IMG/VR virus record: IMGVR_UViG_3300042691_037870
Coordinates: 32,001-96,000 of that record
Source: a virus
Direction: 5' to 3' (one strand)
DNA: 64,000 bases
Shown: positions 1 through 12,700 of the stretch, one piece after another
Layout: each line of letters begins with the position of its first letter
Numbering within the stretch: position 1 is the stretch's first letter
Program-made: the position numbers and the translations under genes
The notes under the pieces: generated by a model
What the model was told of the DNA's origin: nothing
Database searches by the model: none
Seen by the model: only the letters and a program-made list of their open reading frames with translations

Positions 1-671
1 CCTGTTAATCCTGCAGTCCAGTCTAATGCAGAAGGAGAAGGCTCATTACCTGTAACGGTGACAGTCATAGAATCTGTTCCTGTTTGACCAATTGAGTCTG
101 TTACCAATAAGTTAAATGTATAAACTCCATTTGTTAAAAAATCACCTACATCTGGTGATATTTGAAACTCATCCGGAGTAAAATAAGTAGGTTCAGGATT
201 AAGAGGGTCTGCGGACCATTGCCACACAGTAACTCCTGTTGCATTTGATGCGGTAGCACCACTTAAAGTTATTGTCGCTGGCGGACTAGTAATCGATTGA
301 TCAGGACCAGCATAAACCACTAGAGATGTACTAGGTAAAGCAGTATAATTTAAATGATTGGACTCTCCTTCAACGCCTGAAGCATCTTTTACGTAAATCC
401 AAACTTCAGCTGTTCCTGTAAACCCATTAGGATAAAAGATTCCTGTTAGTGATGCTTTATTTGTTCCTGGTATTGCACAAGGAACGTTACTGGAATTAAT
501 GTAAGGAGTACCTGTTGCAGCAGTTGTACCAGTTGCAGAAATTAGCCCTGTTGCACCATTGCTTGCAGTATATCCTCCTGCCCATCTTGTACACAGGTCA
601 TATGGTAGAATTCCACCACTTAATTCTGTTGATAGATTTGCTGAGCTATTACTTAAAATGTTAATTGACAT
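1..671 (-). CDS. Virion structural protein with PKD/Ig-like domain (5' part only; runs off window start)
   Basis: Not in ORF track. Manual translation from ATG at 671: MSINILSNSSANLSTELSGGILPYDLC...VVYAGPDQSITSPPATITLSG...YTFNLLVTDSIGQTGTDSMTVTV. AGPDQ and YTFxLxVTDxxG are PKD-type motifs; follows the fibre gene after a 14-nt gap. Confidence 0.75.
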   Translation of the reverse strand, partial: MSINILSNSSANLSTELSGGILPYDLCTRWAGGYTASNGATGLISATGTTAATGTPYINSSNVPCAIPGTNKASLTGIFYPNGFTGTAEVWIYVKDASGVEGESNHLNYTALPSTSLVVYAGPDQSITSPPATITLSGATASNATGVTVWQWSADPLNPEPTYFTPDEFQISPDVGDFLTNGVYTFNLLVTDSIGQTGTDSMTVTVTGNEPSPSALDWTAGLT

Positions 672-685
672 CTTATTTTTTATTT

Positions 686-3600
686 TTATGATATTTCACT
701 TTCAAGAATAACTTCTGGTCCATTTAAGGCTGTATTAGTTGAATCAGAGTATCTTACGATTGCTTGTCCATTTACTGTTAAATATTTATACGGATGAGCA
801 GGATCCGTATTACCTAAAGAACTAAAGTTATAATTAGCAAACGGAGTATCTATATGTAAAATAGGCTTATCAAACATAATCTCTAATGTAAATGAAGCAT
901 TCTTTAAATTTGTAGGTTCAGCAAGATCAGCTCCAGTACCGTAATGATTACCTAATCGTGGAACTACTCTCCATGTACAGTTTCTTACTCGAGAAAGATA
1001 ATCGTTTCCTAAGATAGAATAAGCTTTACCCATAAAACTACCAAATACATATGATTTTGATCCATCAAAATTAGATGGCGCATCCCAAATTAACATCTTG
1101 GCAATATTTGCATTAAAGAATTGATTTGCAAAGAAAGGAGTAAGATATCCGTTAGGTTGCACAAGAGTTTGATTAGATACTATTTTATTAAATATTTCCC
1201 CATTATTAAGATTACCCATGTTCGAGTTTACAGAAGAACTCATAGTAGCATCATAGAAATTACCACTCCATACAAGATTTTGCGTATGTGCAGGGTCATA
1301 TACATGATTCATTGTATAATTAGGGCCACCTGTATTGCTTAAAGAATCTCCAGGATAAATTGCTGGTGTAGTTGTAGGGAAAACTGTTTCAGGGTCGCTT
1401 GTGATAGCGGTACCTGGGTACCACTGATTAAATGAAGACCAATTCATCAATGATAATGAATTACCAAATAGTCTCATAAAATAATCATAATTATCTGCTG
1501 TGTATAATGAAGGAAGATATGATAATCTTATGTATTGTGTCCATCTTGGAGACCCCCAGTCAATTAATTGTGTTTCTCCACAATCATCATATGAAAAACC
1601 AGCGCTTAAATCAGGATTCTTAACCTCAATCGTCATGTTGAAGTCAATTAGCGCAAACTCTGAGTTAATACGCTTAAATCTAAATTGTGATGCTCTATTT
1701 TCTATTTCACCGTTGCTATTCCATCCGTTATCAAAATTAGTTGTTGGGTTATAGATTGAATAATATTTGTCAACATTACGTAAAAGTGCAAGACCGGTTG
1801 CACCAGATGCAACTCCTCTATATGGGCCGGTATTTGATGTAGTATAAAATAAATTACCAGAACTTAATTCGTATGCTATTAAAGTTATCTCTGTAAAAGT
1901 CATAGGACTAAACCCATCAGTTCTGATTATTCTATAATACCAATTTCCTGAAACAGGATTATCTACCCAATGTAGATAAAAATTGGCTTGATCATGCGAC
2001 CCTGTATCCGCCCCAAATATAGGTCCTATATTGGTCCAAGTAGTCCCATCAGGGGATCTTTGGAATTGCATAAGATAATAATTTTCGTTACCATTAGTAG
2101 TTCCTTCAGCTGTTAATTGTATAGGCTTTCCTGTTGCAGAAATAACAATTGGTGTGGAGCCAGCTGTACTTGAAAGAGCTTGCGTAAATGGACCAAGTTG
2201 GGTATAATTAGGTCCTGTTAAACCTGCATTTTGAAAAGAAAATCCATAATTATATTGTGTAGTTGGACCGCCTGTTACACCTAATGGCTGTCCAAATAAA
2301 TTAACTTTTCTACCGTATTGAGAAGGCGTAAAGGCATTTCCTCCAGTATTACCAGTAATTCCATATTTTGGTACTCCCATTAAAGTATTATAATACTTAA
2401 CGTGTAGAGGATAATCGTTATCAAATTTACCACTTGCATTTGTGGCAGTTGAACTAATATACTCATTACCAGCTGTTGTTCCTGTATAACTCGGTACAAA
2501 TTCAAGAGCTACTACTTCTTCAACATAGAATCTGCTTGTTGCGATTGTGTTTGTGTCAAATCCAGAATCCTTTTCCTTTTCTCCGTAATGATCTGTCCAT
2601 ACCATAAATGTACCACCAGAATTATCCGCTTTAGGAATCCAATATTCACGCAATGATGATTCATTTTGTGCAGATGCAATAACCGTGTTTACTTTACGAT
2701 AAGCATCAGTACCACTCACAGGACGATTCTGACCTATTGTTTCTGTTGTGTTAATTGCACGAGAACCTGGTATAACTGTGTTATCAGCTTCAAGGAATGA
2801 AAGAATAAGTTTTGGTGATTCTTGTCTTGCTTCTTTAATTTGATCTCTAACCCATTGTTGCTCGGTAGAAACGTTCATACCTTCACCAAGAACAAAGTTA
2901 TTTAATCTTAAGTTTGCATATTGTTTTTGAGTTTGTACAAAACTTTCATTTGTGATATCCCAATAACCTTGTGTATTGTATTCATTGATTACCCAATTAG
3001 AATCAATATCATAATTCCAAAGTTCAGCTGCACAAGCACCTTGTGTTGCTGTAAATCCAACTTGAGCCCAAGGAGTTCCACTACCAGCATTAAATTCGGT
3101 TGGGTGAGGTAAGACAAAGTTATAAAAATAAGGTTTAAAGTCTACCAATGCACCACTACTTGTTGCATTTTGTAACTTGATTTTGATGATTCTACCTTCA
3201 AAGTCAGTATCTAGTGACATTGTAAAAATATTGCCACCTGCTGTTGTATATGCTGCCCAATCTAAGAATAAGTAATTGCGAATACTGCTACCTGTAATTG
3301 TTAAAGTCTGTAAAGGTGGATAACCGTATCCAGCTTTTAGGGTTGATCTTGAGTTACTTCCATATACTTTACCAGCACCAACTTCAAGTCTTATATAATC
3401 ACCCATTGAAGTAGCACGATTAATTTCAGCAGCAGGACTACTTGAAATTGTTTCAGCATATGTAGCACTTAATCCTTCATAGCTGATTAATCCATAAGGT
3501 TTATTTTGGTTAGAACCCGTACCCATTGTTGCTGTACCAGAAGAATATGGATTAGGATATGGGAATAATTGTCTTGCATCACCTTCTGCGGAGGTTCTTA

Positions 3601-6600
3601 CATAATGTACATATCCATTTACTCCACGTTCACGAGATGAATAAGTATCACTATCAAATCCAGGACGATTACCAATACCAATATCCCCATCACGAGTCAT
3701 CATCATCGTAATGTTATTTAAAACATCACGAGTACTTAAACCTTGTTGCTCAAAAGTTCTATAAAGTAAACCACCATCACGACCTGACGAAATATTTACA
3801 AATGCAAGATCACCACCATTAGAACCAATGATTGCCGAACCACCATTATCAAAAGTAGTACCTGTTCTCCAAACTGTATCTACACTATCTCCCTGATTAA
3901 GAAGATCTCTAAATAAGTTAAATCCAACGTAATGTCGGGCAGTCCATAAATTATCAAAGATATTTCCATGTGGGAATGAACCATTAAGTGCGGCTGTACC
4001 ACTATAAGCAGCAATATTTCTTGTGCTTAATGCCCACGGAGTAACCTGTCTTGTAGGTGCTTGATATTCTCTCCAAGCATAGTTAGCAGCATTAGGTGAT
4101 CCACTAGATCCTGTTGCTGGACGACTACCCATAAGAGCTGTTGCTCCTACAACTCCATAAGCTTCATAAGGATAATCTCTAAATCCAACGTTATATGTCC
4201 ACACATGATTATAGTCAAGATAATCAACGATTACTTGTTGCCCTGCATAACCTGCTCCAGGATAGTATCCCGTTATTCCAACTACATTTCCTGTTTGTCC
4301 TGCAAGAAAAGCATATCCTGGTGACCACGGATCATTACCATCTCGGCCTTCGTTATTTGTGTTTTTACCAAATAAGTGAACTCGAGATCTTGGATAAAGA
4401 TTATGAATACCTACACCTACCGGAGTTTCTGTTGTAGTTTTATAAGTAGGTCCATACATATTAGGGTTAAGCGGTGAAAGACCTACAGGAAATTCTGTAG
4501 CAACATGCGATGCAACAAGACTAATTTCTCCAGCGCTATTTGCTGAAACACCAAGTCTTAAAATACTTGTTTGTTTATTTCCTGCTAGGTTTACCCAAGT
4601 TTCTCTACGAATAGCAGTATCAAGATTTGTAGTTGCTACATTATTACGTTTACCACTTGATAGGTAAGGATTTGCTGTTTCATTAGCAGCTGGTATAACT
4701 CCGCCTAAGTAAACATCGGTATATGTAGCTGTTAACCCTGTAGCAAAATCTTGTGTAAAGGCACCTACTTTCATTACCTTTGTAGGATAGTTTGACCAAA
4801 CAGAAGTTCTATCTATAACTGCAGGATTAATGCTGCTTACATCAATATCATTAGAACGAATAAACGCATTTATATGTAATCTTGCAGCAGGCTCATAAAC
4901 ACCAGAATCATCAGTCGTAAATGTACCAACTCCAAGATTTCTAAATGGAGATACGTAAAATACAGGTAATGAGTTTTGCTGGTTTGCAGTTAAATTAGGT
5001 GTTGCTTCGTGTTGAATACTTTGTTGCTGAAATTGAGATGTGTAAAAAATTAATTCACTTAAAAAGTTTGTATAATTTGAACCATCCCAGTTCTTTTTAC
5101 CTCTTTCACGCATACCTGCAATACGGTATGTTCTATCAGCCGTATGTGTATCAAGATTTGAAGGATCACCAGAATCCAATAAAGTTGACCATAGATCTGG
5201 TGAAACGGTTGCAGCTGATCCATACCAAGATGATCTTGTATAGTTTCCTGTTGCAAAAGTAGTAGGTGTATCGGTTAGGTTACCATAATTAAGTGGCGCT
5301 ACAGTAGATCCTATAAGTGACTTACCATTTATTGAACTAATATATCCTTGTGTTACAGTATAAGATACTATATTACCGATATTAGATTCAGCGTAATTAC
5401 CTCCTGTGATATAATCAGAAGAGCCGTACATATCTTCAGGTAAAGAACATACATATTGATTAGATGTTATTAATTTTTTAACATCTAATAACATTTCTCC
5501 AATATTAACCGTATCATTATATGTTAATGGAGTACCAAATTGATTATTAACAGGGTTTAATGAATATCTTGATGAAAATACAGATAGTGATTTCTTAATC
5601 TGAGTTCCTGTTACACCATCATATGAACCTACACCTGAATATAAGTACATACCTAAAGACCCAAATACATATTCTGTTCCTGGTGTGTAAGTTTCATCAT
5701 TTCTTCTTTCAGTAAAATACTGAATAGGTGAAAACTTATCTAATGTAACATCGTATAAAGGTTTTACCCAATATTGATCTCCTTCAATCCAATTGCCATT
5801 TTGTATAGGAAACCCTATAGTAGGTTCAGATGGGTATTGGCTTGTTAATCCTGATGGGTATGTCCAGCTTCTAGCGGTTACATTTGAAAAATATGGTAAA
5901 GTATCAATACTTTGTTTAAAGTAAAGGCGATCTATACCTGCATTATATCTTGCAGGCTGTGGTAATGTTAACGAATCGTTAGCACCCCAGTCATATATTG
6001 TAGGCGAATCTAATGTGCTGTCATCATCGTTACCTCCAGAATCGATAGCATTACCAGAAGAAATCCACACAGTACCGTACTTACTTAGCATTCTTGCATT
6101 TTTTACGGTTAGTGGAGAAGACGCGTTTGATGAAAACGGACCTGTTGCATACGGAGGTGCAGTTTGGTATGTAGTAATATCGTTTACCCACACATCACCA
6201 GCAACCCCACCAGATGTTACATTAAGTGGGTAAAAATACCAACCCGTTCCGCTATAATAGCCTGTTCCGCCTGGAGGATATGTTCCTGCAAATACATTTG
6301 AATAAGGGCTATTTGTATAAGCTGTAACAGCGTCATTAGTATCAAGAAATTTCCAAAACCCTTGATTCCAATGATCTACCCAAATTTGCCCTACTACATT
6401 AGAACCTGTGCCTACATATGTATTTAAGTATTCTAATGAATAGCTATTCCAGGGCCCTCCAACTGAAGACGGTCCAGTTTGACCACCAGCAGTACTACCA
6501 AATGGTATGATACCCATTACTGTTCCTGTAGGACCTTGTACTCCAGTAGGACCGATTGGTCCTTGCTTACCCGGAATACCTGGTAATCCTTGTTCACCTG

Positions 6601-6712
6601 GTAATCCTTGTGGTCCACCACCGTAAAGGCTAACTGTTTGGAAGTTATTATTTAACTTGGAAATAAGATCAGATATACTGTCGTTTTCAAGTAGTCTTTG
6701 TAAAGTTAACAT
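686..6712 (-). CDS. Large tail fibre / receptor-binding-like protein with collagen-like segment (2008 aa)
   Basis: N-terminal DSISDLISKLNNNF anchor-like motif, Gly-X-Y run (GPQGLPGEQGLPGIPGKQGPIGPTGVQGPTG), fibre-type repeats (LGVGTF..PAARLHI, VGVGIHNLYPRSRVHL, IGIGNRP); Gly/Thr/Asn/Tyr-rich. Confidence 0.7.
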   Translation of the reverse strand: MLTLQRLLENDSISDLISKLNNNFQTVSLYGGGPQGLPGEQGLPGIPGKQGPIGPTGVQGPTGTVMGIIPFGSTAGGQTGPSSVGGPWNSYSLEYLNTYVGTGSNVVGQIWVDHWNQGFWKFLDTNDAVTAYTNSPYSNVFAGTYPPGGTGYYSGTGWYFYPLNVTSGGVAGDVWVNDITTYQTAPPYATGPFSSNASSPLTVKNARMLSKYGTVWISSGNAIDSGGNDDDSTLDSPTIYDWGANDSLTLPQPARYNAGIDRLYFKQSIDTLPYFSNVTARSWTYPSGLTSQYPSEPTIGFPIQNGNWIEGDQYWVKPLYDVTLDKFSPIQYFTERRNDETYTPGTEYVFGSLGMYLYSGVGSYDGVTGTQIKKSLSVFSSRYSLNPVNNQFGTPLTYNDTVNIGEMLLDVKKLITSNQYVCSLPEDMYGSSDYITGGNYAESNIGNIVSYTVTQGYISSINGKSLIGSTVAPLNYGNLTDTPTTFATGNYTRSSWYGSAATVSPDLWSTLLDSGDPSNLDTHTADRTYRIAGMRERGKKNWDGSNYTNFLSELIFYTSQFQQQSIQHEATPNLTANQQNSLPVFYVSPFRNLGVGTFTTDDSGVYEPAARLHINAFIRSNDIDVSSINPAVIDRTSVWSNYPTKVMKVGAFTQDFATGLTATYTDVYLGGVIPAANETANPYLSSGKRNNVATTNLDTAIRRETWVNLAGNKQTSILRLGVSANSAGEISLVASHVATEFPVGLSPLNPNMYGPTYKTTTETPVGVGIHNLYPRSRVHLFGKNTNNEGRDGNDPWSPGYAFLAGQTGNVVGITGYYPGAGYAGQQVIVDYLDYNHVWTYNVGFRDYPYEAYGVVGATALMGSRPATGSSGSPNAANYAWREYQAPTRQVTPWALSTRNIAAYSGTAALNGSFPHGNIFDNLWTARHYVGFNLFRDLLNQGDSVDTVWRTGTTFDNGGSAIIGSNGGDLAFVNISSGRDGGLLYRTFEQQGLSTRDVLNNITMMMTRDGDIGIGNRPGFDSDTYSSRERGVNGYVHYVRTSAEGDARQLFPYPNPYSSGTATMGTGSNQNKPYGLISYEGLSATYAETISSSPAAEINRATSMGDYIRLEVGAGKVYGSNSRSTLKAGYGYPPLQTLTITGSSIRNYLFLDWAAYTTAGGNIFTMSLDTDFEGRIIKIKLQNATSSGALVDFKPYFYNFVLPHPTEFNAGSGTPWAQVGFTATQGACAAELWNYDIDSNWVINEYNTQGYWDITNESFVQTQKQYANLRLNNFVLGEGMNVSTEQQWVRDQIKEARQESPKLILSFLEADNTVIPGSRAINTTETIGQNRPVSGTDAYRKVNTVIASAQNESSLREYWIPKADNSGGTFMVWTDHYGEKEKDSGFDTNTIATSRFYVEEVVALEFVPSYTGTTAGNEYISSTATNASGKFDNDYPLHVKYYNTLMGVPKYGITGNTGGNAFTPSQYGRKVNLFGQPLGVTGGPTTQYNYGFSFQNAGLTGPNYTQLGPFTQALSSTAGSTPIVISATGKPIQLTAEGTTNGNENYYLMQFQRSPDGTTWTNIGPIFGADTGSHDQANFYLHWVDNPVSGNWYYRIIRTDGFSPMTFTEITLIAYELSSGNLFYTTSNTGPYRGVASGATGLALLRNVDKYYSIYNPTTNFDNGWNSNGEIENRASQFRFKRINSEFALIDFNMTIEVKNPDLSAGFSYDDCGETQLIDWGSPRWTQYIRLSYLPSLYTADNYDYFMRLFGNSLSLMNWSSFNQWYPGTAITSDPETVFPTTTPAIYPGDSLSNTGGPNYTMNHVYDPAHTQNLVWSGNFYDATMSSSVNSNMGNLNNGEIFNKIVSNQTLVQPNGYLTPFFANQFFNANIAKMLIWDAPSNFDGSKSYVFGSFMGKAYSILGNDYLSRVRNCTWRVVPRLGNHYGTGADLAEPTNLKNASFTLEIMFDKPILHIDTPFANYNFSSLGNTDPAHPYKYLTVNGQAIVRYSDSTNTALNGPEVILESEIS

Positions 6713-6783
6713 TCTTTATTTGGTTTATCTTTTTATACAAATTATTTATTCATCACCTTATATGATCCTATATAGGTATATAT

Positions 6784-9700
6784 CTATATTCGCTTTATAA
6801 TAGCTGTTACAGAATAACCAAATGGTTTCTTAGTATCAAGTTGTTTATCAATTCTTACTGTAAACTCATCAATATTAATAACTTTACAATCTTTATCAAC
6901 ACGGTATCCAGCATCCGCTTTTTCAATATCGTCAAGTGTAATATCAAATATAGGAATGCCTTCTTCAGAAAGAGCATACAATTTTATTTCACCGATTTCA
7001 TATAACTGTATGATATTCTTATTTAGATAATCCTTTTTAAGATTTTCTATGTCAACAGTTGTTAAACTTTGTAATTCGGTTATCCCTAAAGTAGTTAACC
7101 AATCAAACTCATCGAAGCTAGTTGGTAATTCAATATCATCAAGTAATTTTCTAAGAAGTCTTGCTCTTAAATCCAAGTTAACCGTTAATGTAGGTTTACT
7201 TGTACCTTCTACATCAGTTAATTGAATTTCTTTTTTAGATAATAACTTAACCCCAACTTCTTCAGAAGGAGCTGTAACAGTAAAAGTAGCTTCAGTATCT
7301 AAGAAAGTATCAAGTATATGAGTATTAGGGATATTCATTACTTTAGAACCTAAGAATGACTTAAATTCTTTCATTTCATTAAAACCGTCTATAGGATTCC
7401 AATTTTGTGTATCATAATACTTACGATAGTAATTTTTATCCCATGTACTGTTTAAGACAAATTGTTCTTTAGTATCAACAGATACTTCACCTACAAGAGG
7501 GTAAACACTTTTATATGCGGAACCTCTTGCAATTTTTAGTATCTCTGCATCAGCAACTTTATTTATTCCGTAATTTCTTAAAATTCCTGTTAATGATGAT
7601 TTGTCATTAAAGTGTGTATTTACTAAAAGATAATCTTTTTCAAAATGTTTTGTAAAAGTTTCATCTTCACGAACCCAAAATGAAAGCACATCATTTGCAC
7701 GTGGTTCATAAGACCCACGATGACGATAAATTACTTCGTTTTGATTTGTATCAACTATATTATAACCAATGTTTGCTGCACCTAAATATTCGATAGGTTT
7801 ATCTTCATCATTTACATAAGCAAGAACTCCTGTTTTAATAATTTGATCAGGGTCTATAAATTGTAAGCGGTAGTCAGTTACTGCTACTGTAGTATTATTT
7901 TCAACTTTATAGTATTCAATAGATGAAGGGTGTGCATTATTGTCTACAGGCACGTAATTAACAAGTTCTTTAATTGATGCGTATGTTAATAAGTTTTTAA
8001 TATGTAGATATGCTGATGTACCACCTTTAATGTTATAAGTTTCAAGAGGCTCTGGGTTTATCGTTGATAATGCAACATTCATTGTTGTCATTAAGAACTG
8101 TACAATATTTAAACTTCCTGGAGTTATACTTGAGTAAATTGGGTTATTACTTCCACCAAAAGTAGTCTGTACAGGTAGGTAACTATCATTGTAAATTCTT
8201 GAATTTGTTCTATCTATATGTCTATATTGAGATCCTAATTTTACAACCTCAATAAGTTTAAATAAGGAACCATCTTTTGTAAATGAAGTAGGAACCACAT
8301 TTAACCCACCTGTTACTGTAAACGCATTATCTTTATTTGTGTAATTATCATATGTAGGTACAATTTCATTAATAACCGAAAAGTTATATGAAGGTTTAAT
8401 AGGCTCCCAATTCATTGTAATCTTGCCTCCATTAAATACCGGCTTTAAGGAATTGGTTAAACTATCAATGATATACCCACCAATACGAGTATCACCAAGT
8501 TCAAGATAGCCTCCACCTAAAAAACCTTGTCGAGGTCTAAGTATTGAAAGATCTTCATATGATGTTGTAGTTGGTGCATAAGGCAAGAACTGATTAATGC
8601 TTAAGATATCTTGTGATGCCAAAGTATTTCCGCTGTTAAATAAACCACCTAATGGAACTTGCTTTTGATTAATATTCTTTAATTGATCATTCATTGCATA
8701 AAAGAATAAGTAATCGTTTAATCCTGACTGTACACGATAATCTTGAATATGAATGTTAATAATCATCACAATTGATTTGAACTTATCATTACGATAAACT
8801 TCAATATCAACAGGTTTTTCAGCTAATAAAGGTGTGACAGGAACTATTCTTGCAATAGATGCAAATTTATAATCATTATACTTTTTAGATTCTGATACTT
8901 CTTCTCCAAGTGCATTATTAATATCAATTACTTGTACTTTTGCACCTCTGAATAATGTTTGTGATCTTTTAACGCCATCAGAATATTGCATAAAAGTATA
9001 TCTTTCATCGCGTGATTTAGTTATTAATTCATTTAGATCGTTAATCTCATTAGGATATCCTAATGCAAAGTATTTAGTAAACCAGTCATCAGTATCATCA
9101 CTCGTTAGTAAATCATACCACGTAGAATTTCCTTTTGCAATATCACTAAGTTTTGCAAACATATAAGAACGTGATCCTTCTAAAGATTCTGTAGGATAAT
9201 CTTTAGGAACAGTATCAAGATAAGGGAATTCATTAGTTAATAAAGAAGGTTCAGCAAACTTAACACTTGTGTCAGGTGAAAAGTTAGTTATACCAAAAGC
9301 TTTTGATATGTTAAGGCGATAGTAATTATCTCTTGCATCAGTTCCTTCTTGAACCCACTTATTAATGTAAGGAACCACTTTTGATTTAAGTGCATAATCT
9401 TTATTAAAGTTTTCTCTAAGTCTATCGTATTCTGAACGTAATGACTGTCTTAAGAAAGCATCTACATATAACTCGTCATTAAGTAAACCGCGAATAGCTT
9501 CAGCATCTTCAGGTGAATATAAGTCGCTAATAGCAGAGAATCCCGAAAACGTCTTTAAGTCTTTATCAAAATAATAGTCATTCTTAACAATTTTTACTCT
9601 TGCATTAGTATTTGATAAACTGTTAACTACAATTTTATATGAAAGAGGTTTTGCTTCTGTTACCGCTCCTGAATCGTTAGTAACAGAAATTCTTCTTCTC

Positions 9701-12700
9701 ATGTAATTTCTTAAACCTACACCTTCTGGGAAATATGAAGGCGCATCTTCCCAAGTTCTTGGGTGCTCAAATTCATCGTATACATAAAAAGGATAATATG
9801 TGTTAAGAATAAGTTCTGTAGGATATCCTGAAGATGCACCGTTAAAAGTTATTTCTTCAATCTTATTCCATTCTTTAGTATTAGGATTAAGTCCATAAAT
9901 ATCTAGTACTGCATTTGTGTTAACAGGATTTTTGTCTTCATCAATAAAACTTAATAAGTAATTTTCATCCGCAGGCAATATTAGTTCACCGCCTTGTTGT
10001 AAAGTTTCATTAAAGTAATATCTTAATGCTTCAAGAATAGGCGTATACGAATAATCAGAAAAGTAAAAATCAAAGTCAAATTCTTTGACCGGGAAAATTG
10101 AAAAGATTCCCAATATAGGACGATATATGTTATATGCAACTACTCGTTTATCACCAGTCTGATAAAATTCTTGAGTACTATCATTTAGCTGAATAACACT
10201 ATACTGATTAAGATTTGTAAAATCAACAATGTCATTCATTTCATTAAAGACAGGCTCTTCAAGATATGGAAGTGAGTAAACATATTTACCTTGAACTTCC
10301 CAACCTTTCATTGGTGAGTACTTGCCTTTTTGTGCCTGATACCACTGATCTTGAATCTTTTCAAGATTTAGGATTGATAACTCAGAAGAAGTAATAACTG
10401 TAGTAACTGGAGAAGTAGTAGTTCCTAAAGTTGCTGCATTAGAAATAGTAATTGCGTTTGCTGCATAATCTATATAAGTTATGTATGAATCATTAGGAAT
10501 ACCTTTGCCTGTAACTTTTGCACCTACATAGAGGTTATCTAATAGTACATTAGTGATAACTTTAGATCCTGATATAATATTACCCGTTAATTTAACACTA
10601 CGATCTGCAAAGTATCTTTGTGAATCTACATATCCTATTCTTGCACGATTTCTTTCACGCTGTACTCCACCAATAAATAATTGCTTAATTTCATTAGGCG
10701 TAGTAGAAACTTTAATGATATATTCATAAACACTGTTAATTGGCAAATTACTCATGTTAACAGAAAATGGAATAACTGAATAACTAAATACATCTAAACT
10801 CGGAACAGTAACATAATAGTAGCCGTCTCCTGTAGTTGATGCAGTTATTAAATTAGTAGGATTAACATCCGTTCTAATTTTAATAGCTGACCCTCCAATC
10901 GTTTTTGATATTTCTAAATAATAATATATGTCACCAGCAATTCCAGTGTTATTGATTATTTCTACAGGTAAGTCGTAATTGGTATTGCTTGCTACTTCAA
11001 CATTTACAGATGTGTTAACATCAATGTTTCCTTTTTCAAAAAATCCTAAATTAAATATTAAACTTTCTCCATTTACCATTCTACGAGTAAGCTGAATTGC
11101 GTTACCTTCAAGACCTGGTCTTTTAGCTTTTAAGTAAACTTCTTCACCTAAAGCAACTGCATAACATGGCCCATTTTCAAATGTGTTAATACATTTTGCT
11201 AAAGCAGAAGCAACTTGTGTAGCTGTGCCTTCATTGCTAAATGTTGATATGTAATCATAACCATTGGGATCCGCTATAGGATAATCCCAAGCATCACCGG
11301 CTTGCATTCCTGTACTTTTTGCAATCATTCTCCAGCGAAACTGTTGATACGAAGGCATAAGAATAGGTGTTAAGTTTGCAAGTGTGCCACCCAAGAATGT
11401 AATATTTAGTTCTGTTGAATTAACATCTATTCTATATGATTCATTACCTGTATAAGATGTTAGTGGTTCAAGCTGTAAACTTAAAAGAGTATCAACTGCA
11501 AGATTATTTGATAATGGGTTATAATTATAAGTAATGTTATAAGTAGGACCAGCCGTTGAAATTAATTCATCTACAGAAATGAGTGTAAGTGGAGCAACAT
11601 TCGTTGGATTACCATCGTTAACTATATCAATCGTAAGAATATTAGGATTAATTCCCGTGACTGTAAAATAACTTCCAAATGTAACTTCACTGTTTATTGT
11701 AAGACCAGGAGTTGTTATGTATACTTGCTGACCAATAAAAAAATTATCAATTTCATTAACAAATACACCACTTAATGTACCACCAACAGCAGGCATTGTA
11801 AGTGATGATCCAAGCCTTCTTGTATATTGATCTTTAAAGACTGTAAATGAAACATTTGTTGGTGAAACATTTTGTGTTTTTAAGTAATATGTATGTAAAC
11901 GTGGTCCGTGAACATACGTATTAATTGTAAGTTCAAGTTCTTCTTCATCAGCAAATACGGGGTCAGAAGTAACCTGGGCTAAATGAAGTCTTAATTGTGA
12001 ATATCCTTTATCTAATAACTTTGCATCAAATTGAGATGTTATTTGATTAACACCTGCATAATTACTAATATCTTCTTGTGTATCAAAAAGTTTAAGTTGA
12101 GATACTCGACGATAATCTTCAGTACCCGGATTTCCATAATCAACTTCTTTTAGCTCGGTAATTCTTTTAAACGCATCATTGCGATCTTTAATGTAGAAGA
12201 TTCTTAATGGGTCTTCTACTAAAGATGGTAAAGGAAACTTACCTACTACTTCTCCTTGAAAAGTTGGAACATTCGTATTATTTACAATACTTGTTGGATT
12301 ATGATAATAATGAACAGGTATTTGAATACCTTCAGGATTTGTCTGTACAAATTCTTTTGTGCTATATGGCTGTCCGTCAATCCCTGCTTTAGGTATTGGA
12401 GTTTGATTTGGTATTTTTGCTAAAGAAATTGGATCAATCTCAAAATTTGCTAATTGATTTTCTGTTACATATAATCCAAAGTAACGATTAATAGAATAAG
12501 GTGCTGCCTCGGAATCATCAAATAAGAATTCCAAGTTAACAAGATTTGTACTAATTATACCTTGACGTTCAAACCCACCAGTAATATATTCCTCAAATTC
12601 AATAATAGGTCTATCTTTAGTATAGTAGTCATTTAAAAACTCACCTTTGCCTGTCATTGTACCATCTACATAAGAAATCCCATTCCAGGTTGTTGCAATA